NCBI GenBank assembly: GCA_028534125.1
Contig: CM052816.1
Location: 59,770,001-59,834,000 of the forward strand
DNA: 64,000 nucleotides
Source of the DNA: Lama glama
Lineage: Eukaryota
Direction: 5' to 3'
The notes under the pieces were generated by a model that saw nothing but the letters and a program-made list of their open reading frames with translations, was not told the DNA's origin and ran no database searches. The first letter of the stretch is position 1, and every line of letters starts with the position of its first letter. This document shows, one piece after another, positions 11,771-26,439 of the stretch. The translations under genes were made by a program, and so were the position numbers.

Positions 11771-14700
11771 TATTTCTACCATCATATTCTTCTTCTCAGG
11801 CCAAGGAAAAATGGTCACACACAGACCATGCTTTTCCCTAATCTTTCCTTGCTTCTGTAATACCCTAGGACCTACCAAGAGTCATGTTCATGTTCAGACA
11901 ATTCTTGGCAGCCACAAACTTCCATTTTCCATTTCTACTTTTACCTTTTTCTTATTCCAGAGGCTAATTGCATCTTATAATTGGACAACATGCTTTTTTG
12001 GCTTCTCCCCAAGTGAATTAGGTCTGCACAGTGGATTTTTCATTTTAAAATATTGAATTGTTCATATCTTTAGATGTGGTATGCACTCTCCAGCAATCTG
12101 TCATGCCCACAGCCTTGTTCTGACTGGTACTGGCCTGAGCAAAAACTTATGTTATCTGCCTGGCCCTGCAGGTCTCTGAATACGTGAGTATTAATGCAGA
12201 ACCTTGGCTCTTTTTTAAAAAAATATTCAATCTATGGTAAGAAATGCATTTTACATCTTGATGCAATACATATTTATTTCCTACATATGCACATGAAAGA
12301 ACATACCCTTACTACTGATATATTCTATTATTTAAAAAAACAAATCTCTGGTCATGGTTCAATAAGTTTATTTTATTTCATGAGATAATGGGTGATAACC
12401 TACAGTTAAAAAATAACTTATAGTTTGAGAACCCAGAGAAAGGGCCAAACTAGGCCAGTTTTTCATTGTGCACTAAATAATAATTACTCATCATAAAGAA
12501 CAAAGATATTTTTCTTCCCATCCCACCTGCCAAACTCCAAGGTCAAACCTTCTATAATTCTTGTTCTTAGCAGCCAACTCCCCATGTGCTTGACTACTTT
12601 GACCTTTAGAAAGCCACAGCATAGGAAATGACAAGCAACAACTAAACAGATTACACTACTCAACTGCACACAACCTTTCAGAAGGCTCTTCTGACTGGAT
12701 TTCAAGCACTCCTATATTCATATGTGAAGACTAAGTTTAGAAGAAGGTAAAATAAGGAAACGGAAGGCTTGGAAGGAGGAGAGGAATCATAGAGTGAGAG
12801 ATTTGGTTGGGGCTTTGGGCCAACAGGCTCTCCCCAGTAAAGGAGTTTGTTCTATGGCATCTAAGAGGTTAAGTACTAAAGCTCTGAAATGGGACTTAGA
12901 CCAGCCTGAGCTTCCCTGGGGACTGGAGTAGAGGCAAAGGCATGGATGGTGACATCAGTGAGGGGGCTCTGAAGTCCAGAGACACAGACTTTGTGAGAGC
13001 CTATAGGGTCCAGATGCACAACACGGGTCACTTCAGGCAACGTCATGGCAAAAATCAGCATATGATCCTGTCTCTGGGAGAGGTCATAATGATCCACTTT
13101 CACTGTGAGTATCTGGAAATCTCTTTCATACATCTGCCCCCGCCCCACCACCCCAAACACCCCATATTATTTAATGGGATTAAGAAAGCTGGTCTAACAA
13201 GGAGGCATCATTCAACACCCTCTACTTTGAATAAAAATTTAAAAGAGTAACATTTGGAAGGAACACTTTCTGGGCAGCTTTAGACAAACAAAATTACTTA
13301 ATAACCCTTGTGGAAAAAATTACAGTAGGTTACAAGAGTCGAGGAAGCCATGGTAATTTGGAAACAATGTATGTTCCTTTGGAAAAGACTTAACTAATAG
13401 AAGACACTTGGTTTTGTTGGTAATAATTGCAACAGATTTCTATGATGAAGTAGGTGAAATGCTCCCATGCTAGGAATTTTATCCAGAATTGTTTTAACAT
13501 GTTGCCTTTTCCTTTGCTGGTACTCTAGAGTCAAAAGACAGAGTTTCTCTACAACCCTAGCAAAACTTGTATGGAATTTGGGATTGTTGAGGCTCAGACC
13601 TCTTCCAACAGAGTCAGTTAGTGCATGTATCAGAAGGATCTTGGTTTACACAGTCTCACCCACACCACAGTAATACAGCCTCTACCAAAAATGGTTTCTA
13701 TCAGTTTCTGCTTAACTGTTTATACATATTATAATCTCAGAGCTTTCCCTGGAACATGCATGAGGTTCTACTCGACCTATTTACATGGCTATAGCAATCT
13801 GTTCATTTGGGCTCTCTGGCAGCCTTCCTTGGCTTTCTGGAGTTAAGTCCATCTGTTTTGCTACAATTTAGTGTTAGTATCAGTATGACTTGAAAATATA
13901 AGTTCAAAATCCAGTCTAGGTGTCCCACTTACATCCAGGGACACATACGCTTTCTGCGGCTTTGTTATAACCCTCCTACAGGTGATGTGCTTTGCTGAAT
14001 ACAGCTTGAGACTTCGCTATCATTGTTTTCAGGCAGTTTTTGTGCCTCATTAGTCAGGATAATTGAGAACAGGCTGGATTTGTCAAACAAAGTCCACTGG
14101 CTTAGCTTCAAATTCCTCTTGCATTTGTCCTATGCTAGATGACATTAGGAAGACAGCATTGGTAGCAGATCAACTCTTGTACTCAGTCACCTCCTAATAG
14201 CACAGATGCTTGACATAATACTTTATATGTTCTGTAGTGATGCCTACTGGCAGGGGCCAGGCAAAACGCTGTCTGGCTGGGACAGATAGGGACCCCATTC
14301 TTGGAGAATAAACATATTTGCTCGGTTATTCTTGGAGGAGTTGTTTGAAAATTCTTCAAGCTCGGGGTAGAGAGTGGTGATGAGTTGCAGACGTAATGCC
14401 AAATGGGTCCCCACTTCCCCAGCTCATAATTTGCACAGTTGGCTACAGATGAAAGTCCACAGGGATAAAAGCAGAGATTAAAAGTGCTGGCTGCTTGGAC
14501 CACTCCTTCCTATGAGCTGATTCTATGCATAAAGTGAGAGAAAACTTTATGCAAACCCCAGACTCTGGGAGCCAGAACAATATGGACGTTCAGAGTCAAG
14601 GAAGCCCTGCACTGAGGACCACAGCTATACTGCACAAGCCTTCATTCATTCCCTCGACTTTTTCAACCTTAGAAATAGAACCTCCTACAGAAAGCAACAG

Positions 14701-14974
14701 CCAGAGATATCAAGCCAGCATCCTGTGGGAGACCATGACCTCTGACTGGCAGAGTTTTCATGTCTGAGGTCAGAGGACAAGCACCTACGCCATGTCCAGC
14801 ACGCCCACCATACTGAGCTTCGGTCTGGCTGCACTCTGCCCTCCTGCTCTAGCACTTGCTGATCCCTCTGAGCTATTCTCTTTCTTATTCCACGTTAATA
14901 CTACTCTTCGAGTGGTTACTGGTGACATAACTTCAATCTTTCTTCATCTTCTTGCATAAACCATGAGTGTAACA

Positions 14975-15075
14975 TTCATGTGTTTTGGAGTGACACAGAT
15001 CTGAATTTGATTTTTAGCTTTTTTGCCTATTTGCAGTGGCAGCTTGAGCAAAATGCTTAAATTCTCACCTGTAAT
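14975..15075 (+). mobile_element. MIR SINE fragment
   Basis: ttggagtgacacagatctgaatttga...cttgagcaaaatgcttaa. Confidence 0.5.
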
Positions 15076-17628
15076 CCCTGCAGGATGCCTGGAAGAAATA
15101 ACCCATCCCTTCATTCAGCAAATGTTCACTGAACATCCTAAAATATGAAAAGCAGAAAGCACAGAACCGAGCATATAAAAATTCATGATAAATAGTAATT
15201 ATGTTTAGTATAATAAAAATAATAATAGAGACAGAAGTTATATTGAACACCAGTCTGACCTGGGTCCCAAATTCAGTCTGAGATCAGTAAATACTAATTG
15301 ACTGACCACTGATTCTATGGCTTTGGTTGGGCCTCTAATTTCTAGTTCATTCTCACTGTATATAGCACTTCTTTCTTGGGTTGGCTCTTGCAAAGTTGTC
15401 AGGTTGTAGTCTTGCCTTTTTCTTGGGATAATATAATCATCTCTGAGAACTTGAACTCCTTCACAAGCTTCGTATATCAAGTGATGCTCCCTGGAGGAGC
15501 TGTGTGCCGAGGAGCCGTTGGATGGCATCCTGAGACCTCTCCACCTGCCATATGGTGTGGCAAATGTCATGAAGTAATCACCTCCCTCATTCCAGACCAG
15601 CTTGCCAGGAACCTGATGCTACCTCTGTAACACACGACACTGATGGCTTAACTGTTTTCAGGCCTGCAAAAAGCAACTACTTTGAATAGTTTAACCCCAC
15701 GGATTCTCTGAAGTCTTCACAACCCTACAGCGCTTGGGTGTCCTGGGTTCCTCCTCCTAAGTACGGCTCTCTAGTGTTATGTTAATCGTGTTTGTTCCTA
15801 CTACTAGTTCTTGGATTTGGTTCTAAGTCAATAAGAGCGTTTCGAGGACAATTACTAAGCAACTGTTCCCTTAGTATTCATGGTTCATAAATTAATAATC
15901 TCACAACTTGAAGGAACTTGCTTGTAATTGTTTATGAGTGTCTATCTTATTTTTTTTTACTTAGAACAAAATACTAATTATGTTTTTCTCCTTGTTCTAC
16001 AGTTCATTTATGTCATGAAATGAGAACATATACAACAGTCTAGAGGGTATTGTTATTGCCTTTCTTTAGTTGAACATATTGTCTAATCTATTAAACACAT
16101 GTAATGGAAAATCGATCAAATTAGTTGCTTTACATAAGAGGCCTTGTACAACAAGGTTTTTATTTAGTTATTTTTCTTAGTTACATCTTTTGGGTTAGGT
16201 AAGGAACAACATAATTCAGCCTTAGTTTCTTGTAACCTTCATTTACTAATTGCCTCGTTACCTGTTCTGACTTTTTCTCCTAGAGTTGCATTCAAGCCTT
16301 TCAATGGAGTGAAAAAGACATGTGGGAGAGGGCTGGGGAAAAAATGGTGAGGCCATGCTCCCCACAGAGAAGCCCAGTGTTGCTCAGGTTTCTGATTTCT
16401 CATAATATTAATAGTTACTAGAGGCCCTGCCCCCCTAAGAAAATCAACGGACCAGACTTAATTGATGGAGTGGCAATTTATGATCCCTGATTTACTGTCT
16501 TTGGGTTTTCATTTCCCCAAATATTCTCTACATAATAAAAGCCAAGGTACTTTAACATTAAGATCTATGCTGTCAAAGGCTGAGTACATCACATTATGCT
16601 AAGAATAGTAATTATTTTTATGACTTTGAATACATTTTAGAGTTTTTAGGGTGTCACTGGTTGCTCTGTCAACCTTTTGGTTGCTTCTAGAGAATGAGCA
16701 TGTGTGAAAAAGAAATGACCCTCCTCCGTTCTACATCTAGGTATTTTCTTACTATTATAAAGTATATGTATCTGTAGGACTTTGTTTCTACATTCATGTA
16801 ACATCTCAGAAGATATTCTCCCACAGTTTTTAAAGTTATGGAGATATAATTCAGATTTTTTCCCTCAAATCTTCAATAATTTGGCAAAAGAAGCATCTCA
16901 CTGATTCTAGCTGATAGATCCACAGGTGACTTCCTGAGTGTTTGATCGGGTTTTCTACCCATGGTTGGTATATCATGTTCCCCAGACTTTTGTAGAGTGT
17001 GAAAATGTTACTAGAATCTAAATTCTCAACTTCCTTAATCATCTGTTTCCTTATAGTTTCCTGATATGCTCTTAAGTTTTCTGTGTCCGGCAGAGAAAAA
17101 AAAAATCATAGACTCTCTGGACTAGCCCCAATCTCTAGTGGATTTTCATGTGCTAGGAAACTTGAGAGCATCTTAATAGACTCACACAGAAATAAATACT
17201 GATGGAGCGGGGAGAACTGAAAAGGAAAGCAGAAGTGAAGGAAAAAGATCTCACTCACAAAAACTTTGTATCTTTAACAAACACAATTGGAAGTTCTGCT
17301 GAAGAAACACTAAGTGTTCAATTATCCCCATAAAGCTCCAGCCCTTCCTAGTAGCCTCTACCCTCACAGCCTGCAGATAGTTTATTTACTGTGTCAAAAA
17401 CATACTTCCCTTTTCAAAAGTCTGGGCTAATTCTTAGATAAACCAGAAGAAATCTTATCTATTGCTGAACAAAGATCTTGCTGATATTGCCCCAGCAGGA
17501 TATTTTATTGCTCCATTAAATTTCAGATTCTTTGGCTGATTTTTAAAATAAATTTTTCTGATCTAAAAATTCAACAGAAGATTGAAATTGCAGTAGCATT
17601 CATTGGGATCTTTATAGTTGGATCACGC

Positions 17629-18014
17629 TGTGGTGGATACTGCCCTGTACCACTCAGATGTCCCCTTCAGGACCAAGGTGTGTTGGCTGCTAATGGCTCA
17701 AAGCTGAGTCGCAAGTCAGTATTTGCTTGTGGACAAAGGGAACTGACTCACCCAAGTAAACATAACCCCACTCCCCCAGAAGCAGCCAGCATCCAATGGC
17801 TGGTTCTGGTGGCCTCCTTGCCTCAATTTAGGAAATCTCTAAAGCACCTTCACCACGCCTAGATCCCAGGGAGAACTGCTCAGGCCTCTGTTGCAACTAC
17901 ACTGGAGCACAATTTCTCCTTCTGATAGTCTTGCTTCTCTCACTTCCCCTGCAAACCGTTCTGCATACAAAGCTCTACCTCAGAGTCTATTTTCTGGGGA
18001 ATTGACAAAAGAGA
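17629..18014 (+). mobile_element. LTR16-type ERVL 5' LTR
   Basis: Starts tgtggtggatactg...cagatgtccccttcaggacc. Internal motifs cagcatccaatggctgg, gcctcaatttagg and aggcctctgttgcaact. Ends ctcagagtctattttctgggga...aagaga. Confidence 0.8.
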
Positions 18015-20630
18015 GTTGATGCTGAGAGTGGTCCTAGGAAGCAGCCTCTACATAGGAATTTCTGAACTAGATTATTTGCCACCTAGCTGGCAATGAGAAC
18101 CTCACAACTAGTGGTAGGTTGGGCACTAAGAGGCCCCAGTGGTGGTACTGGTGCAGTTATTAATGCTATTACCAGTGGCAAACTGGAAGGAGATACCAGC
18201 TAAAAAGAATGCACTGGTTAGTGCATATCTGAGGAGTGTTTGAGAAGTGTGAGGGAAGTAGAAATTATGAAGATTATGGAAATGGATGGCTGCTCTGGTG
18301 CTATTGATGTATTAGGATAAAGACAGCAAAATGCTGAGGAAGATTAATCCCCAACATAAGAAAATGTGAAAGTTAGAGGGTCTTGTTAGAAGCATAAGAA
18401 GACTCATCTTAGCAACTGAGGACAGAAAAATATGAGAATCAAGCCCAGAACTTAATTATAAGGGTAGCAGAGCTCAGAGAAAGTTGAATTCTCAACTCCA
18501 ACCAGGCTGTTCACCAAGATCAATGTCTAAACTTGAGCCTGTATCTCAGATTTGAACTCACTGACAGAAAGCGAAGCCATGTTCTGATACAAAAGGACTT
18601 GCAGCATCCTGACAAGTGTGTACAGGAATGAGTCTCCCAATCGGAATGGAACAACACCCACTTCTTTGGGTAATGACACACTGAGGAGAGGGGATAACCA
18701 AACATTTTGACGACTCCTTGGCAAAAGTTCTGCATTAACATTGCTAGCCAAGGACTTCAGACATCATCATAGCCCCTGTTAGAGTGGTGGTGTCTGAGTG
18801 CCAGGTCATAAATGGGGTCACGCCCCATGTCTGGTTCAGAGGGTCCAGTTGGTGGACCCTTGAGCATGGAGGGTCATGCTTAGCAGTTGGCAGAAATATT
18901 GATACTTCAGCCTGTGGTGAAATAGCTGTCACAGTGGGTAAGGCAAAGTAGAATTTTATGAAACTGCCCTTTCCTCTATCCAAGAGAGTGAATCCAAATG
19001 ATTTTTCCATCCTGAGTAGATTGTTAGAGGTTGCTGTTACCCTTCAAGATCTAAAGTGGTGGTTGATTCATTTCTCCCTTGAATTCACCAGTCTGGCCCC
19101 TACCAAAAGGAGATGGATCCTAACTGATGAGAGTGGACTTCCACTAACTAAAACAAGCATTAGCCCCTACTGCAGATGCTGTGCCCCGTGCGGCCTGTCT
19201 GCTCAAGTCGACCAACATGGCCTCAGAAGCATAATCTGGCAAGTACCTTCCTTTCCAACCCTATCAAAGGGGAGGATCAGAAGCAACTCCCGTCTGTGCA
19301 GGAAGGACAATATTTAAGATCTTGCCTCAAGGCTCTGTCAGTTCTCTGTCCCTCTGTCGCAGTGTGGTATGAAGGGACCAGATCATCTGGACATTCCATA
19401 GAATATCACATTGATCCACCGTACTCATGGCATGTTAATTAGACTTGAAGGCCATTGCAAAACATCTTTGCTCCTGAGGGTGGGAGATAAACTCTATGAA
19501 GATTTGAGTTTTCTCTACATCACTGAGTTTCTTAAGAGTCCAGAGGCCCAGGGCATGCTTAGACATTCCTCTAAAGTAAAGGACGTACCATTGCATCCTG
19601 CCCCTCCTGTCACTAAGAAGGAAACACAGGTTCCAGAGGCAGCACATTCCACACCTGGGAATACTTTTCCAATGCACTGACTAAGTTACACACAGGCTGA
19701 GAGCTCTGAGTAGAGCCCAAAGTAGCAAGTGCAGGCCATGGGATAATTAGTCCCATACCTTGGAACACAAAACCCAGCAGATGCTATGGTACCAGTGGCA
19801 TCAGTAACAAAGAGACATTCTGTGGACCATATAGCCAGCCCTTACAGGAAAATCACAATGTAGACCACTACAGTTCTGGAGTAAGGCCGTGCCATCTGAA
19901 ATTTAGAACCACATACACCATTCACCATACCACTCCTGCCATGCTACTGTGCTCTGGTAAAGACTGAGCTTCTGACCTGGACCATAAAGTGACCGTGAAG
20001 CCACAGCTGTCCATTAGAGCTGGGTTCTCTTTACCAAGCCATGGGTCATGAAGTCTCAATAGTGACCCTTCATGAGATGGAAATTGTGCATCCAGGATCA
20101 GAAATAAGCAAGGCCACAGACACAAGTAAGTGGCACAACCAAGTGGCCCCAGTTTGCCTTGTCATCTGCCGCTATTTAACTGACTCCTCTTCCTCAGCTC
20201 ACATCTATAACTGCATGGGAGTCCTTCAGACCAGCTAAAGGAGGAAGAAAAACATTGAGGTTATTCATAGCTGACCAGTTCAAATGTGGGCATAGTTGAA
20301 AATGGGTTTTACTACAGTCTTACTCAGGGAAGATCTAGGGAAAGTACAATGAAGAAACATCCGGCTAGTGGGCAGAGCTTGGGGCAATGCATCTGTCATC
20401 CACTTTGTGTGGAAAGAGAAATGGTTGAGGGAAAAGCAGATGTGGACACCTGGGCAGTAGTGAATGGTTTCACTGGTTGCTCAGGGGCCTAAAAGGAATA
20501 ATACTGAAAGATAAAATAGATGGGGGTGTGGAGAGACAGCATGGTGATGGATCTATGGGAGCAGGCACAAAGGGTGAAGATTTTGCTTTTGCCTGTCAAT
20601 ATTCCCCAGAGAGCATCCACCCAGGAGAGT
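18015..20630 (+). mobile_element. ERVL internal region (ERV3-16A3-like): PBS, gag, protease, RT and RNase H remnants, all disrupted
   Basis: Degenerate PBS gttgatgctgagagtgg directly after the LTR. Protease remnant GDNQTF*RLLGKSSALTL (~18690-18745; cf. LLDTGSELTL). RT remnant SPLNSPVWPLPKGDGS*LMRVDFH*L (~19073-19150) and LDIP*NITLIH (~19387-19420; YIDD motif lost). RNase H WAEL...HFVWKEKW (~20369-20425). No integrase or 3' LTR. Confidence 0.85.
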
Positions 20631-21859
20631 GCTTGCCATGGTTCTAGGCAGAGAGTTAAGTCCTCAATTAGTATGTATTAAGGAAAGAAGAGATAATGGT
20701 GGTCCCCGGTAGAATGCAATGGGTAAAACTGAATGTTCGAGTCATAGAAACAAGAGACAAAAAACTTCTCATTTGAGATTGTTTTTTTAAACATACATAA
20801 CTAGAAGCAAAAAATGAGATTGAAAAAAAAAAAAGCAACATTGAGTGAAACCTAAATCTTCTATTGTTCTGATGAGAAGGATGTTTTAACTTGGGGTCAA
20901 TAAGCGGGCCTCAGCATTTCAAGGGAGATTTCATGAAGCTGAGTGGATGTTTATGTGCAAGTGCATTAAACGGGAAGTGTTTCACTACCTTGAACGCTAG
21001 CTGTTCACAGAGCACCAAAGGAAGATTCAGGGGACCCGCATTACAGCATTCTCTTTCTACAAGCAAGCTTTGAGATTTAAGTCTTTCTAGACTTTGATTT
21101 CTGCATCTAGAAAATAAGGAGGCAGCCTAGATCAGAACCCTCTTTTTATTTTCCTGCTGGAGCATTCATGTGCCTTTGTGCAGCCCAGGATCACACATGA
21201 TGCCCAACATGTACACCCAGACTCTGACCATATGCCGCAGCTCCAATAAACTGACCGTTCTAGAAATTTCAACTCTTCAACCACTACAAATAGGAGAAAC
21301 CTTCATCAATAATGTATTTAAGTTACTGTTCAATTATAAATTTCCTTTTTTTGTATGGCTTCTAATAACAGGAAGTATTATATAAGAAGTAATCACTAGG
21401 TTTTTTTTTGGGGGGGGGTCTCTTTTCTTGAGCTTCTAGAATGCTCCAGATCTACACATTTTTTTTTCAGTTGTGGGTCACCTTTTGGTAAGCATGTCTT
21501 CATCTTGGCCCAAAAATTCAAATTCAAATTTGAAAAATTTAGAATGTATTAATGCCAGTTTTATGTACTCCATGCTTTTCCTCTGAATCGATCAAATATT
21601 TCCTGTGTAATTACAATTCTATTAAAAAACAAAAAGAACAAATAACAAGTAAATTTGAAAATATTAATTCCATAGGGAGGGTGCCTTAAGTAATTAAGAA
21701 GACATGTCTAAAGTGGCTTAAATACATGAATTAGAAGAGAATAAAAAGTAAAATATTACCCCTCCCACTATAAAAGGGCATTTTGGTCCATACAAATATT
21801 TTTTTAGAAAAAATTACTTCGGGATATACTCTAGCAAAATTAAAAAGTAATAGAAGACT

Positions 21860-22625
21860 AGCTATCAGGAAAATGCAAATTAAAATGACAATGAAATATC
21901 AATGTACACCCAATGCAATGGCTATAACAAAAAAGATGGATAATAAAAAGTTTTGATGAGGATATGGAGAAACTGGGACTCTTATACACTGCTGCGAGAT
22001 TTTTAAAAGATATAGCCACTTTGCAAAATAGTCTCACAGTTTCTCAAAGGTTAAACCTAGACTTACTCAGATTTACCATATGCCTGAACAATCCCACTTC
22101 TAGATATATACTCAAGAGAAATGAAAGTAAATGTTAACACAAAAACTTGTACATAAATGTTCATAGTAACATTACTCATAGTAGCCAAATAAGTATAAAT
22201 AAGCCAAATTTCTATCAAATGGTGAATAAACAAAATTGGTATACCCATATAATGAAATATTATTTGGCACTAAAAAATTGTGATGTATTGATACATGCTA
22301 CAACATGGGTTAACCCCGAAAACATTTTTAAGTGGAAGACACCACCACATGCAAAAAGCCACATAGTATATGATTCTATTTAAATCAAATGTCCAAAATA
22401 AGCAAATATATAGGGACAGAAAATAGATTCATGGTTGCCTAGGGCTTGGGGGTGGGGGGAGGAAATGGAGAATGACTACGAATAGGTATGAAGTTTCTTT
22501 GGGGTGATGAAAATCTTTTAAAATTGACTGTGTTAATGGTTATGTAACTCTACGATCATAATAAAAATCATTAAATGGGTGAACTGTATGATATGTGAAT
22601 TATATCTCAATGAAATGGCTGTAAA
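21860..22625 (+). mobile_element. L1MB-like LINE-1 3' end
   Basis: ORF2 C-terminal motifs (aaatgcaaattaaaatgacaatgaaata, acaatcccacttctagatatatactcaagagaaatg) and a 3'UTR ending tgtgaattatatctcaat. Confidence 0.85.
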
Positions 22626-23832
22626 ACATGACAGAAGACAGACAAAGACTTGGAATATAAGATAAGAGTACAATGCAATGAAGAAGAATGCAAGACAGAC
22701 TACTATGACAAATAGGCAGCAGGGTGACAAAAGTTGGTACATATTAGAGCAAACAGGGGTACAGGAGGAATATCTTCAATAAGAAAATAGGTGTCATTAC
22801 ACAAATCATATGATTTAGAAGTATAGTATGATACTGATAAGATAAAAGGGCATATATCCCTTTTGACAAATAAGAACAAAGAAAGGCAATTAGAAGAAAC
22901 ACATATAGAAAATCATCACCCAAACATGGCATAATCTTAGGCAAATGACATCCAAGGAAAAGTGCTGTCTGAAACAAAAAGCTACACCTCCACTGGTCGT
23001 GTAATTCACGAGTAAAGAGATGACTGACAGTCACTCAGAATTCATAGGTAATATCTTTGGGCCAATAACAAAACAGCTAGGATCATTTTCTTATATTTTT
23101 CCTGAAACTGATTTGTCACTTTGATAGCATATTTGTTCACAGAACAGACTTTCCCTTTTAATCATTTACAGAAAGTCATCCAGAAACATGTTTGCATCTT
23201 AAAGTTTGTTTTTCTTTTATAAAAATAAAGGGGCTTAGGAAAATTTAAACTTATTCCCATGTTAAAAATACATAGGTTAAAAAACAACTGTAATATCTTA
23301 ATGATTTTATAAACTTTTTTTTAATTTATAATGAATCTTTAGGATCTAACAGGTCTAGTTTTGCTTAGTTTTAAAGAACTTGACTGAAGGTTAGTAGTAT
23401 TTTTAAATTTCAACTGAATTTCTTTTTATTTTACATAATTCAAATATAACTAACCAGATATTCTTATTTAAAAAGTAAAATAATTACTTACAGCTGTCAA
23501 AGATAAAATTATAATTTTCTTTTTTTTAAGTCTTTCTGACATGACAATATGTTAGTTTTAAAATAAGAAAACTGCTGTTTAAAAATCGAAGCTTGTCAAA
23601 ATTATCTTTGAAAATATTAACATGTAATGTTGTATTATTCAATAAATAGTATCAGGTTGACTGGCTAATTAAAAAAACATTTTCTCTTTGTCATATCATA
23701 CTTCAAAATACATTTAAGGTGGAGTAAAAGCATATGTTTAAGAAAAAGAAACCTTATAATATAGGGAAAATATAGCAAACACTTGTTTATTACATACTAG
23801 TATATAAGGAAGAGGGAAATTTTTAAAAGCCT

Positions 23833-24060
23833 CACAGTTAATAATACTGTATTAAATACTTGGAAGTTGCTAAGAGAATAGATTTTAAATGTTCTCACTG
23901 AAGGAAAGAAACAATAACTATGTGATGTGAGAGAGGTGTTAGCTAAGGTTATGGTGGCAATCACTTTGCAATATATAACTATCAAATTATTACATGTATA
24001 CATTAAACTTACACAAGTGTTGTTTATTTATTAGACTTCAATAAAGCTGGAAAATAAATA
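23833..24060 (+). mobile_element. L1MA9-like LINE-1 3' terminus
   Basis: gttaataatactgtatt...gttgctaagagaatagattttaaatgttctcac...caataaagctggaaaa. Confidence 0.8.
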
Positions 24061-24739
24061 ACTAAAGTTTTAAATTAGGGACTTTCTCTCAAGTATCACT
24101 GAAAAACTATCCATCAGTCACTGCCGGCCGTTGAATTTAAAAATCTAACACAGTGGCTGAAAACTAAATAGTTCATATTTATCTGACTGAATGCATAATG
24201 ATACATCAGTCTAATGAATCACTAGTTTTCCCAGAGTTCTTTTTTCTGCATGGCTGAGTCTACACCCACAAAGCCTCTTACCTCTCAGGCCAGGCACAAG
24301 GCTGCTGATCTTGCAGAAGTGGTGGGGTGGAGCTCTCTTGTCGTCAGCCTACAGGGCCTCAAGGAAATAAAGCCCCATTGTGTCCAGTCCAGGAAGGAGC
24401 AACAATTCATGGCCAGGCAGGTCTCAGCAAGTCCAGCCATAGGGGAATCATTCAGGTCAGCTATCCACAGGCTTAGTTACTGGGTCACAAGTCACCCATG
24501 AATTATTCAAAACTAATGCTACAAGATTTTCCACTTTTATATCCTAGCAAAAATTCATGTTGGAAGCTAAATTTAAGCTCCTATATTATAACTGACTTGT
24601 GGCAGGAAGCTTATCTTTAAGGCCTTCAGGTTTCTATTTATTTAGGAAATGAGGTTGTATTTTTTTAGGGTACCAGGCGCCTACACAGGATTGTCCCAGA
24701 GACTGCTACCAAACATCTAAGGAATTAGTCTTTAACGAG

Positions 24740-24945
24740 AGCTAACATTTATCAAGCATATACCAAATTCCAGATATTGTTCTAAGTATTCTACAATTAT
24801 TAATTCTTTTAATCCACTGAGAACCTTTTATAGCTAAGGAAAATAAGGCTCACCCAAAAGATAACTGACTTGCCCAAGGTCACACAGCTAAAACTGGCAA
24901 GGCCAGAATTTGATAGGTGCCTGAGACTCTGTTCTTAACCTCCAA
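24740..24945 (-). mobile_element. MIR SINE
   Basis: gctaacatttatcaagc...tgacttgcccaaggtcacacagcta...gttcttaacc. Confidence 0.8.
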
Positions 24946-25619
24946 GCTATTTGACAAAGAAAAAAGGGGGAAAAAAAGACTGAATATAGAAGAAGAGTTG
25001 GCTATTTTTCTGATTAAATTGTTCTAGCAAATACAGAGTTGGAAATTTATGATGTGCCATAAAGAAATAAAAATACTACCTCAGAATTTAAAGAACAGAA
25101 AGGTGTCAAAGGCAGATGGCTCTGGCTGGGATGGTGGGTTAAACACAGAAGTGTGGCTGCCAGCGATTTGCGTCTTTTAACATGTACCAAGCCAACACAT
25201 TAAGCCTCATTGCCTCAGTCATATTGAATTACATTTTGTAATTTAATAAAATGTGAAGTTAGACCATGAAGTGCAGTCATCAGCTCTAAGTGCTGATGTG
25301 TTCTCTGGCAAAGGACCAACAGGTTCCCAGTCTTCCCTACTATCGCAGGTGATCAGATCATGACACTTTGGCCAAGGAACCAAATGCTTCTTTTCCTACA
25401 TCTTTTCTCAAGGTGGTTATGTTAGAAGTAAAATAGACAAATGTTATTTTTATTTTTTATCTTTTATCATTATTTCTCTGCTGCTTTTGATAAGAAGTCC
25501 ATGAGTAGAGAGACTGCTGGAAAAGTGTAGCCCAAGATTTTGAAGACTCTAATACGAGGCAGAATCTTGCTTAGAAGATTGATTTTGTCTTCCAAGAACT
25601 TGATACTTCTGCAGAGTAC

Positions 25620-26130
25620 TTGTGAGGTATCCTGTAGAGTATCTTTCAATTTGGCTGTTTTTGCCATTTTCTCAGGATTAAATTAAGTTTATGCTTATTA
25701 GGAAGAACACCAGAGAGATCTGCCCTTCACAGGGTATCATAGGGTTAAACGATGTCACTAGGTCTTACTATTGAGGATGTTAACTGTTCTCATTTAGTTA
25801 AGGTATTATCTGCCAGCTTTCTCCACTGTGTCTTGGCGGTGGGTGATACTTTGAGGTTATGAAATACCCTGTGTCTCAAACTTTTACTCACTAATTTTAG
25901 CAATTATTGGTGGATCTTGCCTGTGGCAATTATTATGGTATTCTATGGAGATTTTCTGTTTTCCTCATTTCTTCCACATTTAATAGGACTTCTTTGGTAA
26001 GAAAGAGTAATCCTTTCATCCTTATTTATTCATTTAGTTGTTTACTTATACCATCTTATTATCCTCTCCTAAGTCTGAAATCAACCACTTCTTCAATTGA
26101 CCCTACTTTTATTGGAAATGGTATGTTTAA
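25620..26130 (-). mobile_element. L1MC-like 3'UTR fragment
   Basis: ttagttaaggtattatctgccagctttctccactgt, gatactttgaggttatgaaataccctg and cactaattttagca. Confidence 0.65.
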
Positions 26131-26439
26131 AATAAGTTTATTTACTATGCATTTTCTTTCATCTTTTTACTTCTATTAACTTGATGAAATTTATTTCTTC
26201 CTTCTGGCTTGAAAGCTATGGAGTGTATTACATATTTAGTTATTATCATTAAATTTTTAAAATAAATACTTCTCTAAACATTCTTCTAGCAAAGTCCAAG
26301 GTTATTCAGTATTTCTAGCCCCTTCCTAAACAAGGCATCTATCCACAGCATCTATACACTGAATTCTCTTCATCTTCAGTGACTCTAATTTTACTTCAAC
26401 ATTTAAAAAACTCTTTACTTGCGTATACATATCACATGT

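Noticed and set aside
18958..19680. Overlapping ORFs in the ERVL pol region as a domesticated retroviral gene
   Set aside because: The true RT frame has stops and frameshifts, and the catalytic motifs are destroyed.
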